Shown: positions 27,591 to 40,425 of the stretch, one piece after another
Layout of the letters: the number at the start of each line of letters is the position of its first letter
Numbering within the stretch: the first letter of the stretch is position 1
Assembly (NCBI GenBank): GCA_951406725.2
Contig: OX597830.1
Coordinates: 31,000,001-31,064,000, forward strand
DNA: 64,000 bases
Reading direction: 5' to 3'
Source: Octopus vulgaris
Taxonomy: Eukaryota
Notes under the pieces: generated by a model
The model's database searches: none
The model's input: the letters and a program-made list of their open reading frames with translations, nothing else
What the model was told of the DNA's origin: nothing
Translations under genes and position numbers: made by a program

Positions 27591-28324
27591 TTGAACATAG
27601 ACTGAAAGACATACAGACAGACACTAGAGAGTGGGGGGGGTAGAGATAGATGTGGTATGGCAGCATATGTGGGGTGAAGGTTAGTATTTGCTTGAACAAC
27701 AGTAGAAAAATGATCTTATGTAAATAGTAACCACAACAACAAGAGCAGCAACAACAGTAAAGAGAAATGAAAGAAATAAGCTTATCAGAGTGGCTATTTG
27801 TCTTGTTCTCTATTGTTTTGTTCTACAGATGTTGTTGTTGCTGCTGTTTTCTATATTAACGGCAGCTGTTTGTACACGAGTATGTGCTTTTTTTTTTTTT
27901 GTTTTGTTTGGTGGATATCTCCAACTGTATGTGCGTGTAATATTATATTTATGGTGTAAGTACAGGTGGGGGTGTATGCATATAGTTATGCTTATACACA
28001 TACATGTATGCATAGTTATTGCATATCCTTCATGTGAGTGCCTGTGTGTATGTGTATATATATATATATATATATATACACATACACATATGTATGTATG
28101 TATGTATGTTTGTATGTGTGTGTATGTATGTATGTGTGTGTGTGTGTATGTATGTATATGATGCATCACATGGGAGAAAGACATGTGGTTTTGCAAGTGC
28201 ATAACTTTGTAAATATAATCATCTTCATTGTTTTAATATCTGCTTTTCCATGCTTGCATGGTTCACATGATTGTGATAAGGCAGACCTTTCTATGGTCAA
28301 ATGCTCTTGCTGTAAAACCCTTAC

Positions 28325-28459
28325 CTGTCTCCAAGTATCATAATATATTTTCCTGGTCTTCTGACCAACAAACAGTTCAATGGCTGGACAAGCTTTTGTA
28401 GAGGATTGCAAACAAACAAACACCATTGCTTTTGTGCATGCATGCGCACATGCAAGCAT
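28325..28459 (-). CDS. Candidate alternative first coding exon (3' part), phase-0 donor
   Basis: Strong donor CAG|GTAAGG at 28325, preceded by in-frame ATGs at 28459 and 28426 (MVFVCLQSSTKACPAIELFVGQKTRKIYYDTWRQ). It lies downstream of CpG-retaining blocks at about 29.0-29.3 and 31.1-31.5 kb. No homology support. Confidence 0.33.
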
Positions 28460-29975
28460 GTGTGACAATGCGCTTTAGTCTTGCTACTTATGTTGCTATA
28501 TACAACAGTGTTGTGCAAATGATGTATGTAGTATATGTGTTTTTACGTGTGTACAGAGATGGTCTTGTCTATCTATCAAGACACACACACACACACCAGT
28601 ATCTTTCTCTCTTCAGGCCAAAAGAACTCAGCAGTAAGGTACCAGAAAGAAATCATGCCACAAAAGATAACCTCACTAGTTCTGACAGGTTTAGCAGAGA
28701 GCAAAATGGTTGAATACCATACTATGACCTGACAGTAATGCATGGTAAGACAATATATAACATGACATGGGTTTGCATTGCATGGTAATGCGTTACCATG
28801 GTACTTCAGAGTGTGGCTGCAGAAAATATATAAACAGAGCATAGTACCTGCTATGACATAATTTGGCGCTAGAATGACAATGTATGATGGTATGATAGAA
28901 CAACAGCACTGTAGAATATGGTATGGACGTGATTGATATACCAGATAGTTTTTGTTTTGTTTTTTTGTTGTTGTTTTTTTTTTATGTTGCTTTAGCATTC
29001 TTGCCAGCACAGCAAACACAAAGTGCTCCAAGTGTTCAGCGAGGCGATGCCAGGAGGAGGCTCAAGAGAAAAAGAGAGAGAGAGTTAGTCAAGATGGGTG
29101 AATGGATGTGCTGCAAATGGGTGGCGGTGGTCGTAATAAAGAGATGGGAAGGCGGAGAGACAGAACTGTGATGTTTAAGAGAATGGGTGCAATGCTGACA
29201 CTGTAGCAAACACAACAACTGCAAGAGCCTCTGTGTGAATTGGTAAGGGCCACAGTGTTAATTAGCTGGTGTATAATAGTGGCAAGACCTCGAGCCAATT
29301 AACTACATCAGGCTGAGTTGGGGAGGGTGAGAGGCTATCTATGCCTGTGTATCTGTGTATTGATAACCACAGTGTTGTTGATGGTGGCAGTGGCCATAAG
29401 CAGTGGTGGTCACAGTGTCGTGTGTGTGTGTTTGTATATGTGTGCGGTGGTAACGTTGATGATGGCAGCAAGTGATAATGATCTTAATGGTTGCAATGGT
29501 AGTGGCAATAGAAGCAATAGTGCATTTGTGTAGGAGTTTATGTGCATTCATATATGTGTACATGCATATGGTGGTGTTGACAGCAAAATCAGGTAGGAGT
29601 ACGGGGCATGGGGCAATAGTTCATATAGTAGTAGCAGCATTGATGGTGTGTGCAAGACAACCCTGCTCCCTGCTATACTACTCCCCACCCCCGTTAACCT
29701 CACCATCACTGTCTCTGCCACCACCAACCACTACTCATAAAGGCCTAAATTAGTTTTCTAGACCAGTGGTTTGCATCAGTGAATTACAAATTACACGACC
29801 ACGCTTTGAAACGTGAAAGATCAACCCCTTAACGTGCAGAAAGTTAATTTCTCCCAAGGATAAAGAATAAAATTTAGACTTGTGTATAAGTGTGTAGTCA
29901 CTCATTTAGGAGTGCTTGAGCTTGTAGGGTGTAAAAACCAATATATTTGTATATGTGTGTGTGTATATGTGTATG

Positions 29976-30008
<33 letters not shown>

Positions 30009-30079
30009 GTGTGGGTATATCTTAATAAATATATATTTCAATTTTTCATACATCTACAGATGCACACACTTGGACACAT

Positions 30080-30123
<44 letters not shown>

Positions 30124-30706
30124 TTGATTAAATATATATGTATTAGCGTGTCTTTATTTCTGTAGAACAGAAAGAGATTAACAGACAAGAAGAATTCATA
30201 TATTCACAATTCGATATACACCAATAAACACATACATACAAAGAAGAAATAGATAGAGCTACGAACAAAAACAAATACATAGCAAGAGGTGAATGAAGAA
30301 ACTTATGAATGTATATATACGTACAAAACATAAACGTACATACATTAATATAGGAGAGTATCCACATATAATATATACACATATGCAACAAAAAGTAAAT
30401 AAATAAATAAATGAGTAAGGTTTGCTTGCTAAAAATAAATAAAATAAAAGCAAAAGAAAGAAAAACAGACAGAAGGAAAAGTTAATTGGAAATGAGACAG
30501 AGCAAAGAAGTGGAGGAGGATTGCCAAGAATATGATAAGAGAGGACTGGGCAGAGGTATAAGGAAGACTGGATAAAGGACGAAAAGTTCTGATGAGAGGG
30601 AGAGAGGCAGAGAAAGAAAAGATGAATAGAATATGGAGGGAGAAAAGCTAAATCATAAATTGAGAAAGAGTGGCAGAGAGAAGAAAAAGAGAAGGTATGA
30701 GATGTT

Positions 30707-30745
<39 letters not shown>

Positions 30746-30779
30746 AAAGTAAAGCAGTAGAAAAGAGAGAATTGGAGAC

Positions 30780-30815
<36 letters not shown>

Positions 30816-31079
30816 GAAAGGAGAATGAAAATAAAAGTAGTTAAAAATTTAAAAAAGGGATAAAATGGTGAAGTAAAACAGAATTTCTAAATAAATAAAA
30901 AATGAAATGCAAAAAAAAAGAAGGTAAAAAGTTAAGGATTAAAATAGAAAAAAAAAAGGAAAGTAAAAAAAAAATTTTACAAAAGAATAAAATAGCAATA
31001 CCAACACGAACAACAACAGCAGCAATAGCAACAACAAGAAAAAAGTCATTTCCTTAATTGTAAAATTGTAGCAACGTAA

Positions 31080-31520
31080 TTAACAAACCGAGCATTGATT
31101 AATGGGTAGAAAGGAGGGAAGGGTATTGGTGGTGCTGATGGCAGTGAATGAAAAGTGGCGAGGATGGATGGATGGATGGATGGATAGATGGACAGAAGAG
31201 GTAGAGGGGAGGGCATCGAAAAATGAGTGTGTGGTGGTGGTCGTGGGGAGAAGGGTAAGCAGAGGGCAGTGGCAGTGGTTGGTTTGAAGAAAGAATCTTC
31301 CCTGCTGCAGTTTGTCTTGTGGAAATCTTTCCCCTGCTGCACTCTCTGCCAACAAAGCACAGCTGCGTCTCCATCGCAAGCTCTTCGCCATTTTTCACCT
31401 ATCGCCACTACCACCACCATCACCACGAATCCTCTTTCCACTGTACTGCACACCTACACACCTTGCCTACACCATATTCTTAGAGGCAGAAAGAGACGAA
31501 AAGAGAGCGAGAGAGAGAGA
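31080..31520 (-). promoter_or_regulatory. CpG-retaining promoter-like / 5'-leader block with a YY1-type motif
   Basis: Local CpG enrichment in a CpG-depleted window; CGCCATTTT (AAAATGGCG on minus) at 31386-31394; flanking GA repeats. Confidence 0.35.
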
Positions 31521-33558
31521 AAGAGAGAGATCTTATTTAGGCTTTTAATTGATGCTATTAAGTTGCTGGACCTTCAAATACACACACACACACATCCATT
31601 TTAATTGAAGCGAAGATTTCTGTTAATTTACATTACATATATATATCTTAAATGGACAGAAATATCCAGATATACCTACCTAACCAACCCTCTTGAGCCT
31701 TTCAAACATATATCATTCATTCAGTAGCACAGCTAGATATCTCTTGTCTATATATTTATTTATTGAAGGTGGGGAAATAGAACTGAAGCAGTTAAGCCCT
31801 TCAAGATTTACAGATCTGCAAGGAAATAGAGATCTGGCTTCCATTGAAAATATATAATTGGGTAAAATTACCCATCAACACCATGGTTTAACTTTATTTA
31901 TCATATCCTTGAAGGTACATTGTTGTGAAATGAGAATGATGACATGACTTGGGAACTCATGCAAAGAGATGTTACGGAGTATTTTATTAAACTGGATCGA
32001 CTGTGAAGAACAGAGCTGCAATATGCGATCTCTTAACTTCCAGCATTTAAGTGCGGGTAGATTGGAAAAAGAAAAAGAAAAAAAAAATACAAAAAGAGAG
32101 GGTTATCAAGCCAAAAACTTAGTGATGGATACCACAGTAAATGAATGGCCCAACCAGGAAAGCTCTAAGCCATTGCTTAATCTAGGAGGAATAGAAGTCA
32201 AAATGTCCCCAAATTACATAAACAGTGTCTTGAAAACAGTAAGGGCACATTGAATAATACAACCCAAGGTACACAATGTTAAAAAATAAAAGTAATACAC
32301 CAGGTTGGTGACAGCTGACATGGAGATAAACAACAACAATAAACTTTCTAAGTAGACTTAGAAAATCCCCCAAAAATAACAGCACCTACGAGAAAGCAAG
32401 GAGTTGCCGCCGATGGCATTAAGTAGAGTAGTGATATCAAGACAATAGAACCACTAAAGTAAGAACATGATGAGATGCTATCAAGATGTACAAAACCAGA
32501 AGTCCACTGAGCATGTTTGTGAGAATGGGTGATGAGTTGATAAGAAGAAGAGGAATAAAGGAAGGGAACGGGAGGTGGGGGGGGGAGATGGGAGAAAGAA
32601 AGCAATCAATCCAAATAATCTCAATGAATTGATTGGAAGAGTCAGTCAAACAGACAAACAGTCAGTTCAGCCAGCCAGACAAGCAAAGGACAAAAACAAA
32701 CAAACAAACAACAAAATAAATAAATAAATAAATAAAGAACCCCCCCAAAAAACAACAGCATTAATATAAACCAACAAATCAACCAACAAAGAACTCTCCA
32801 TGTCAGTGTTGGGAAGATGTTGGAAACCGTGATTAGAATATGAATAGGACAAACAACAACAATTAATAAATAACAAACAAAACAATGAGAAATATAATGA
32901 GTGAAAATAATAAACAAATAACGATGATGATGATGATGATGATGACGATGATTATGATTATGATAATGATCATGATGAATTAGAAAATGTTTGGTTCATT
33001 TCCCTGTAATTCTTTTTTTTTTTGTTTTGTTTCAAAAAGATATTTTAGTTACAGACTTTTTCTCCCTTTCAAATTTCATGCTGTCTTGTTTTTGTTTTTT
33101 TTGTTTTATTGTAGTTTTAACATTGTTGTTATTGTAGTTAATTTCGTTAATGTTGTAGCCTGTTGTTAATGTTATTATCACATCAACATCATCATCATCA
33201 TCATCATCATCGTCATCCACCTTTGTAGATGACATTGTTATTGTTGATTACAGAATACTGGTGTTGTGAATAATGTTGTTAATTTTATTAATGTTGTTGT
33301 TGCCAACGTGTTTTTTTTCTTCCATATTTTCTTTTATAGGTTTAGTATTAATCTTTTAATAAAATATAATGGCGACTTAATTAACAAATATCTCGCAAGA
33401 AATAGAATGTATTTAAACCCTATTGTTGTTTTTGTTGATACAATCGTTATTTGTGTGTGTGTGTGAGAGATAGAGAGAGTGCATATGTATTCATACCATT
33501 TTACTAAATTGACAAGTTTGCCCAATAATTCATGAAATGGAAAACAACAACAAAAATG

Positions 33559-33767
33559 ATCTCAAATTTTGGCACAGAGAGAGCAGGTTTTGAGGGGAGG
33601 TGGAAGTCGATTATATTGACCTCAGTACTTGGCTGGTACTTATTTCGTAGACCTCAAAAAGATGAAAAGCAAAGTCAACCTTGGTGGCATTTGAACTCAG
33701 AATGTAAGGAGGGACAAAATGCCACTAAGCATTTTGTCCAGTGCGCTAAAAAGTTTTGCTGCCTTAA
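33559..33767 (-). mobile_element. SINE family B, reverse orientation
   Basis: ctggtacttattt...gatgaaaagcaaagtcaacc...atttgaactcagaatg...taagcattttg. Confidence 0.8.
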
Positions 33768-33799
33768 ATAATAATGCAACACACACAAAAAAAAAGAAG

Positions 33800-34840
33800 A
33801 TTACAGCAGAATATTATAGGCACGTAAGGTTAATACTTAATACAGAGCTCTATAGGATAACAGGCATCAATGCTATAGCTGTTTTAGTGATAAATTATAG
33901 TTATGATAATCTCATTTGGATGCTAGATGAACTATCAAGGATAGAAAGATGAAAGGAAAAAAAATCGCCCAAAACCTTCATTCAGAATGCAGCATCCAAA
34001 ATCTGACATGAGAGAGATTGAATACAAGCTGACTAGGGTCTTGTGCAGCCAGGAACAAATACACGCAAAACTAAAATTGCTTTCTGTCTTGAAGGAAGAA
34101 GACAACAAAGTCAAAACAGAGGCTGAACTGATGCAGTTGAGTGGAAAAGGAAGAAACAATAAAAGCTAAGCAATGCTAAATAGTGTACGGGGGGGGGGGG
34201 GGGCCTACAGAATGCAACGTTTAAGTGATGGCAAGAAAAGCCTTTACAGGACTAATAATAATACCTGAGAAGAACTTAACAGGATGGAAACAAACAAATG
34301 AAAATATGCAACACTGGCTGAGAAGCACAAAACTCAAAGCTGACATTGAAGGATTCTTGATTGTGGTACAGGATCAAAGCCTCTCTTACAATAAGCCACA
34401 AAAAGCATGAAATGAAGCAGAAAGCATTAAGTAACAACAGAATACATGGAGTTTAGGAAGAAACAATTAAATGCTACTTTATCTCTGGTTGCCCAAGGAA
34501 GAATTCACCAACAAGTATAACAACATTGAAGCTTTCATAACTGTAAGCTATGCCAGAATTACAAAACAAGAAAGATGTAGTTTAAGGATACACCAGCAAA
34601 GGTCTCAGAGAATGATAAAGTGACTGTACTCTCAGATATGCCAGTTCATACAGACAAGGTTAATTGGCCATATATTCATTCCTCAGGTCCAAGTAAGAAA
34701 ATGATTCATACTTGAAGCATTGGTCATAACAACAATAAACAAAACTGAGAAAGTATCCACATACAAAAACCTGGAAAGAGGAGTAAACAAAACGTGGGAA
34801 CTGAAACACTCTCTATAACAATAGGTACCTTGGGAATGAG
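33800..34840 (+). pseudogene. R4/Dong-like non-LTR retrotransposon relic (post-RT region to restriction-like endonuclease)
   Basis: Collinear decayed motifs across frames: VRLILNTEL..GINAIAV.VINYSY..W.LDELSRI, HPKSD, WLRSTKLKADIEGFLIVVQDQSL, ET...ISGCP, ENDKVTVL.DMPVHTDK, YKNLE..V.KTWEL, IGTLG. Confidence 0.8.
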
Positions 34841-34951
34841 CTCATCGTAAACTCCTCCCCACACTCAATAAGTATTTAAGTATGAGTTTCATAAGAGTGA
34901 AATTACAGGCTGTATCCTGAAATCTGCAGTCATAATTTACCATTCCCTTAA

Positions 34952-35159
34952 CCCTTTTGATATCAACCTGACTGAAACTACCTCTAGCTCTGTTGTACAA
35001 ATGTCTTGTTTTCAAAAGTCCTATGTTCCTGAAACTAGCTTAATGATAAATAAGTTATTTTTCTAAATCCTTTGTTATATTTAAAATTAATTGAAAGAAA
35101 CAGAGCATCTCAAAAAAAAGAAAAAAAAAGAAAGAAAGAAATAAAAGGTAACAAAAGAG
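34952..35159 (+). mobile_element. TTAA-flanked piggyBac-type MITE, copy C (older, internal deletion)
   Basis: TTAA|CCCTTTTG...GTAACAAAAGAG|TTAA; shares gtacaaatgtcttgttttc and ttgaaagaaa...gagcatctc with copies A and B. Confidence 0.8.
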
Positions 35160-36237
35160 TTAAGTATGATATGCTATAATCTGAGCCTGCAGTTGTAATA
35201 TGGGGAATGTCCAAACAAACAGATAAGCAAGCTTCTGGACCAGGATTGCTCTTTGCTTTGACTAACATTGCCGACGACCGCTTTGTTCAAAGCCTCCCTT
35301 GACCTCAAGTGGCCTGAACTCTTTACATGAACACCACCCTGTACTTAACTCCATGTCCCCCTACATGGCCTTGCTATTTGCTTTTGAGCCAAATTAACTA
35401 ACTAACTAACTAACTAACTAACATTTCCTTCAGGAACCAATGGTATTATTTGAAATATTCTTCTATCACATCAAAAACATATGACTGCATAAACTGCCCA
35501 CCTTGGGCCTCATATATCAAGCCACTTCTCTCACCCCAACAACTATACTTTGAAAAAGCCTCTGCTCACGACTAACATCAGTTCTTTCAATCTCTAAAAC
35601 TCTCCAAAGGCAAATGAAAGAGGTATCAAATCGGAACCAAACAGTGGTGCCTTAATGAAATGGCTGGCTTCTTCCAGATCGTAGCAGTAGTTGTAAATGT
35701 TGGCATCAAACATGTTTGTCAGACAGGTCGCTTAATGTAATCGCTTCAAGGCGAACAAGACACAGCAAACAGAAGACAAATGGTTAATCAATACAGAAAA
35801 ACAAACAAATAAACAAACAAACATATACTCTCTCCTTCTCTTGCTGAACCACACAACATAATTGCAAACTAATTAAAATAAAAACTACTTAAAACTTCGT
35901 AGTAAGAAAAATAAATTAAATATCATTAATAATATTAACAACCACTACTACATCAACAGCAATAATAATTCATCAATATCATTTCTTAACAAGAGTCTGA
36001 AGTCTTTTCAAACAGCCTTAATGATGTAAGTGAAATTAAATCAAAACTATGACTACAAAACATTAGACATTTTTTAAAAATGCTTTGCAATATTTCATCT
36101 GGTTCCATCCATTCTGTGTTTAAAAACCACCAAAGTCAACTATAGTAATCCTTCTTTAGGGGACAATGACATCAACTAACGTTTCCTTCTCAAAATTGTT
36201 CTGCTCATGCCTAAATTAGAAATTATTATTATTATTA

Positions 36238-36647
36238 TGAGTTGGCAGAATTGTTAGCACACTGGGCAAAAGGCTTAGTGGTATTTCGTCTGTCTTTACA
36301 TTCTGAGTTCAAATTCCACTGAGGTCAACTTTGACTTTCATCCTTTCAGGGTCAATAAAATAAGTACCAGTTATGCACTGGGGTCAATGAAATTGACTAT
36401 CCTCTCCCCCAAATTGCAGGCCTTGTGCCTATAGTAGAAAGGATTATTACTGAGTAAGGCAGTGATCTGGCAGAACTGTTAGAATGCAAGGTAAAATGCT
36501 TAATGAGTATTCTGTCTTTATGTTTTGAGTTCAAATTCTGCTGAGGTTTGACTTTACCTTTCATCCTTTTGGGCTCAATAAAATGAATACCAGTTGAGCA
36601 CTGGGATTGATATAATTGATCCTGCCCCTTCCACAAAATTTGAAACC
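36238..36647 (+). mobile_element. Two head-to-tail SINE family B copies (Meta-domain-like)
   Basis: Each copy has ggcagaa.tgttag...gagttcaaattc (B box) ...tttcatccttt.ggg.tc.ataaaat.a.taccagtt, a central domain resembling the MetaSINE domain. Junction near 36450. Confidence 0.85.
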
Positions 36648-37513
36648 ATTATTACTATTATCACTATGAGTTGTTGTTGCTGCAACTGAAATGGCTGTAG
36701 GTACATGCAGAAATTTGCTTGTGTGCATTGGTTCAAATGCCAAGCTGACCACCTAAGTAAAGTGTTTACAGTTTTTAAGCATGCATTATTTCGTAGTGAT
36801 TTTGACAAAATCACATAAGATTTTGTTCTTTTGGATTTATTATAATTAATTTCTTAAAAACAAAAGAAAAAAATCATCTTGGAAACATAGTATGCACAAT
36901 TTCTTTTTTTGCATGCAAATCGTAAAACATATGTCCAACACATGAGGGAATGATGGTCACAGGATTATAAATTTGCAAGTTTGATTTAACTGATCTTAGA
37001 ATATTGCTTGGTACTTATTTTATTAATCAAGGATAAAAAACTTTTGCATATCCACTGATTTACTCACCCCCATGTTTAGAGAACATAGATATTTTAGAGG
37101 AGAGAGAGAGGGATGGAAGAGGAAGCTGTGATGTTTAAGGAGAGTGAAATGCTATTGCTCCCCAAGTCAAACGAGAATTTAAAATCTGGTTGTGGAGTTT
37201 ATAATTTGCATCTCACCCATAAAACATTGATAATAAATGAGAAAAAATAGAACAAAAATAAAACAATATGGAGAGCAAAACAGAAGTAGATGAAAGAACA
37301 TGTTGGCAGAGAATGAAGACATGGCACCTAGAGTAGACACACTGAGTGTCTAGTATTATGGAAAGTGCTATCGGAAACTCTAAGATTGAGAAATACCATA
37401 AGAGAATGATGCCAATAGTATGTGTGTGGCACAATTAATATAAGAACAGCAATTCACTCAGATGAACTCTTCTTATTAGACACATCAAGTTTTTTTATGT
37501 TCTGTATAATGTA

Positions 37514-37544
<31 letters not shown>

Positions 37545-37974
37545 ATACATATATATAAGTATGGTGTGTATATGTTTGTTGTTTAATTAGTATGTGCGTG
37601 GGTTGTCTTATCGTATACTTATACCCAGCAGGATTTGACTGTTGATTACAAACTGTCATTCTATAAAGTACAGAAGGATCTGGCTTTAGTTCATCTCAAA
37701 AGATTCATTTGTAACTTTATATTCCTCTGCATACTCACACAAACAAACACACTTGGCACATATACAAGCAAGAAGAAAATAGATATAGAAAAGCAGAGAA
37801 AAACTGCACGTGACCATAAATACATCCACATATCACATACATATATGTACACACACACATATCATGTGAGTGTACATATATATCTACATATACCTATCCT
37901 TCTCTCTCTCGCTAACTCTCTCATACATAGTGGTTGTCTACTCCTTATACAGAGTCTGACCACCTCTTGTACCT

Positions 37975-38390
37975 ACATCTTAGATCCGTCAAGACGTCTG
38001 ATGTAGCTTTTTAAACTAGACAATGATTTGAAAAGACACCCACATAGATTGCATATCTGATGTGGACCACCAAGAGCTGCAGATAAGTTCTGATCATTGC
38101 GGATCTTAAAATGTCTTTTGAGGCCCCTGTTAGAGTTGCAGACCTTATAGAATACACGGCACTGAAAGGTGTACACAGATATATAGGTAGAACAGTTGGT
38201 AGAGGTTCGCAAATTAGATTTGAGCCCAGCAAAAAAAAAAAAAAAAAGCATAGTCTGTTGCAAACTGTGCACACAAAAAGGTCACTGGGATTCACCTTCT
38301 TGATTACAATATTCTTCTTTAAATCTCTCTTGAGTCTTGCCACTGTTACCCTGGCCTCCTCAAACACTTTCACTCCGCTCCACATGTGTT
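37975..38390 (-). pseudogene. 3' end of an RTE-type LINE ORF with three degenerate C2H2 zinc fingers
   Basis: WSGVKVFEEARVTVARLKRDLKK, then CTVCNRLC..AGLKSNLR, CRVFYKVCNSNRGLKRHFK and CNLCGCLFKSLSSLKSYIR; a poly(T) expansion shifts the frame. Confidence 0.75.
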
Positions 38391-38979
38391 TGTATCAGGC
38401 AGAACAATCACACTAATTCTATTGAAAGTGAATTACTGTAGCAAACATGCAGACTTTGCAATTGATTCGGTAAGGTTTAGAGGTAAAGGATATGGATGGA
38501 GAGGGAAAAAAAAAAAGAGCAAAGAAAAGGCTAACTGTATTGTAGGGTGTTAGGGAAAGAGAAAGGGGCTATCAAGGTGTGTTTATTTCCTAATTTTTAT
38601 TTGAAAGCTATTTCACCTGCAACATGTGTGTCTGCATGTGTTTTTGTAACTGTAAGGGAAAGGGACAGCTTATCACCATAACTGCTCTTATGTCAGGAAA
38701 TGATCCAATAGATTGATTGCATTTATGTGCACATATACACAATATATTAAAGAAAAAAAAAAAAAAAAAAAAGAAGCCACTCATTGCCCCACCCCCACAT
38801 CAAGGATGAGTGGTGGTGGTGTAAAAATAATGAAAAGAATAAACCCTCCACCCATGGGTATGTTATAGACATCTGTGGTGAAGCCTGTTGTTGTGAACAC
38901 CACCTGCATAACCCTAGACTACACTATAGAGCTTCATGAATCATTGAATGTATGTGTGTAGGGGAGATTGAGAGCTAAA

Positions 38980-39084
<105 letters not shown>

Positions 39085-39178
39085 CACATACACACAGACA
39101 TGCATTTACACTAATAATATAGTCTGAGATATGCTCTACTTAATTTTAGCTACACATGTGTTTTTGAAACTTCAAATC

Positions 39179-39241
<63 letters not shown>

Positions 39242-39989
39242 TTAAAATTTTGATTCAATACTGAACCATTACAGGAAGCAATGAAAAGTATTACTTATAC
39301 ATGCTTTTCTCCAGAATCACGGCCAGCAGAATTAACTGCAGAATAAGAACCTACATTATTACTGAAACCCATAAGATGCTTAATTATTCAAAGCCTTTTT
39401 TTCTATTCAAACACTTTTATCTCACATGCTGTTGCTGTTTAGCCAGACTGTGACATCTAAACAGATTTATGACACCCAAGTATTTGAGGTCTTTCAAACT
39501 GATATGGTTTAGAAATCCAAGTTGACATTGATCAAGCAGACATTGAACCAAAGATATTATTGAAACAGTGATCACCTCCATCATTTTTACGTCAGGTATA
39601 TATATAGTGTATCTTAGACTAGATCATCGGATCTATCCTTCTTTATAAAGACAGCATGGTAGGATATAAGGGAAAGTTGTGGAAGGACCATGTACAAACT
39701 TCCTCATTCACGCAGCATTTCACAGGAAGAAGAAAATGAAATGTGAATTTGTGGTGTTTATGCTATTTTTAAAAAGAAAATTATATGGAAATGTAATAAT
39801 ATCGTAATTGAGTGCTATAGCTCTTTTGGCATTTTTTATGCTACTGATGATAATCATAAATACTGAGTGACCTCCCCCTGCCAAATTTCCGACCTTATAC
39901 CAATAGTAGAAAGGACAATAACAATGATAATAATAATAATAATAATGATAATAATAATATTGTCATTAGTTTAATGTAAGAATAGAGTA

Positions 39990-40425
39990 AAGAAAGCAGT
40001 AGAGTATCAGAATGACTACCTTGTGGTATTTAGTTACACATCTCTTAGTTCTGAGTTCAAATCCTGTTTGGATTAACTATGCTCCTCATTCCATCAAAGT
40101 TGATAAAATAAGTTTGAATCATTATGTACTGAAATTGTTAATCCAATCAACTATGCTCTTCTGTTACATATGTGCATTCTTAGCCAATGTTAGAAGTTTA
40201 TTATCTATCATTGTTGAATCTACTGGACAAAATTAATAGCAGCATTTCGTATGTCCTTACATTCCGAGTTCAAATTCTGCCAAGGTCAACTTTGCTTTCT
40301 ATCCTTTTGGGGTCGATGAAATAAGTAACACCCAAGCACTGGGGGGTCAATGTAATAGACAAACCCCCTGCTCCAAAATTACAGGCACTGCCCACCCCCC
40401 AACCACCGCCTAGTAGAAAAGATTT
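39990..40425 (+). mobile_element. Two tandem decayed SINE family B copies
   Basis: gagttcaaat B box at about 40052 and 40266; the second copy keeps tttctatccttttggggtcgatgaaataagta. Confidence 0.65.

Noticed and set aside
28430-28800. Clusters of TGCATG (Rbfox motif)
   Set aside because: The motif arises throughout the window from decayed CA/TG/TA repeats; enrichment cannot be shown by eye.
31969-32253. 94-aa plus-strand ORF
   Set aside because: It spans an A-run, has no motif and shows no exon structure.
35393-35422. (CTAA)n tract resembling QKI or branch-point motifs
   Set aside because: It is on the strand opposite the inferred transcript and is a simple microsatellite.
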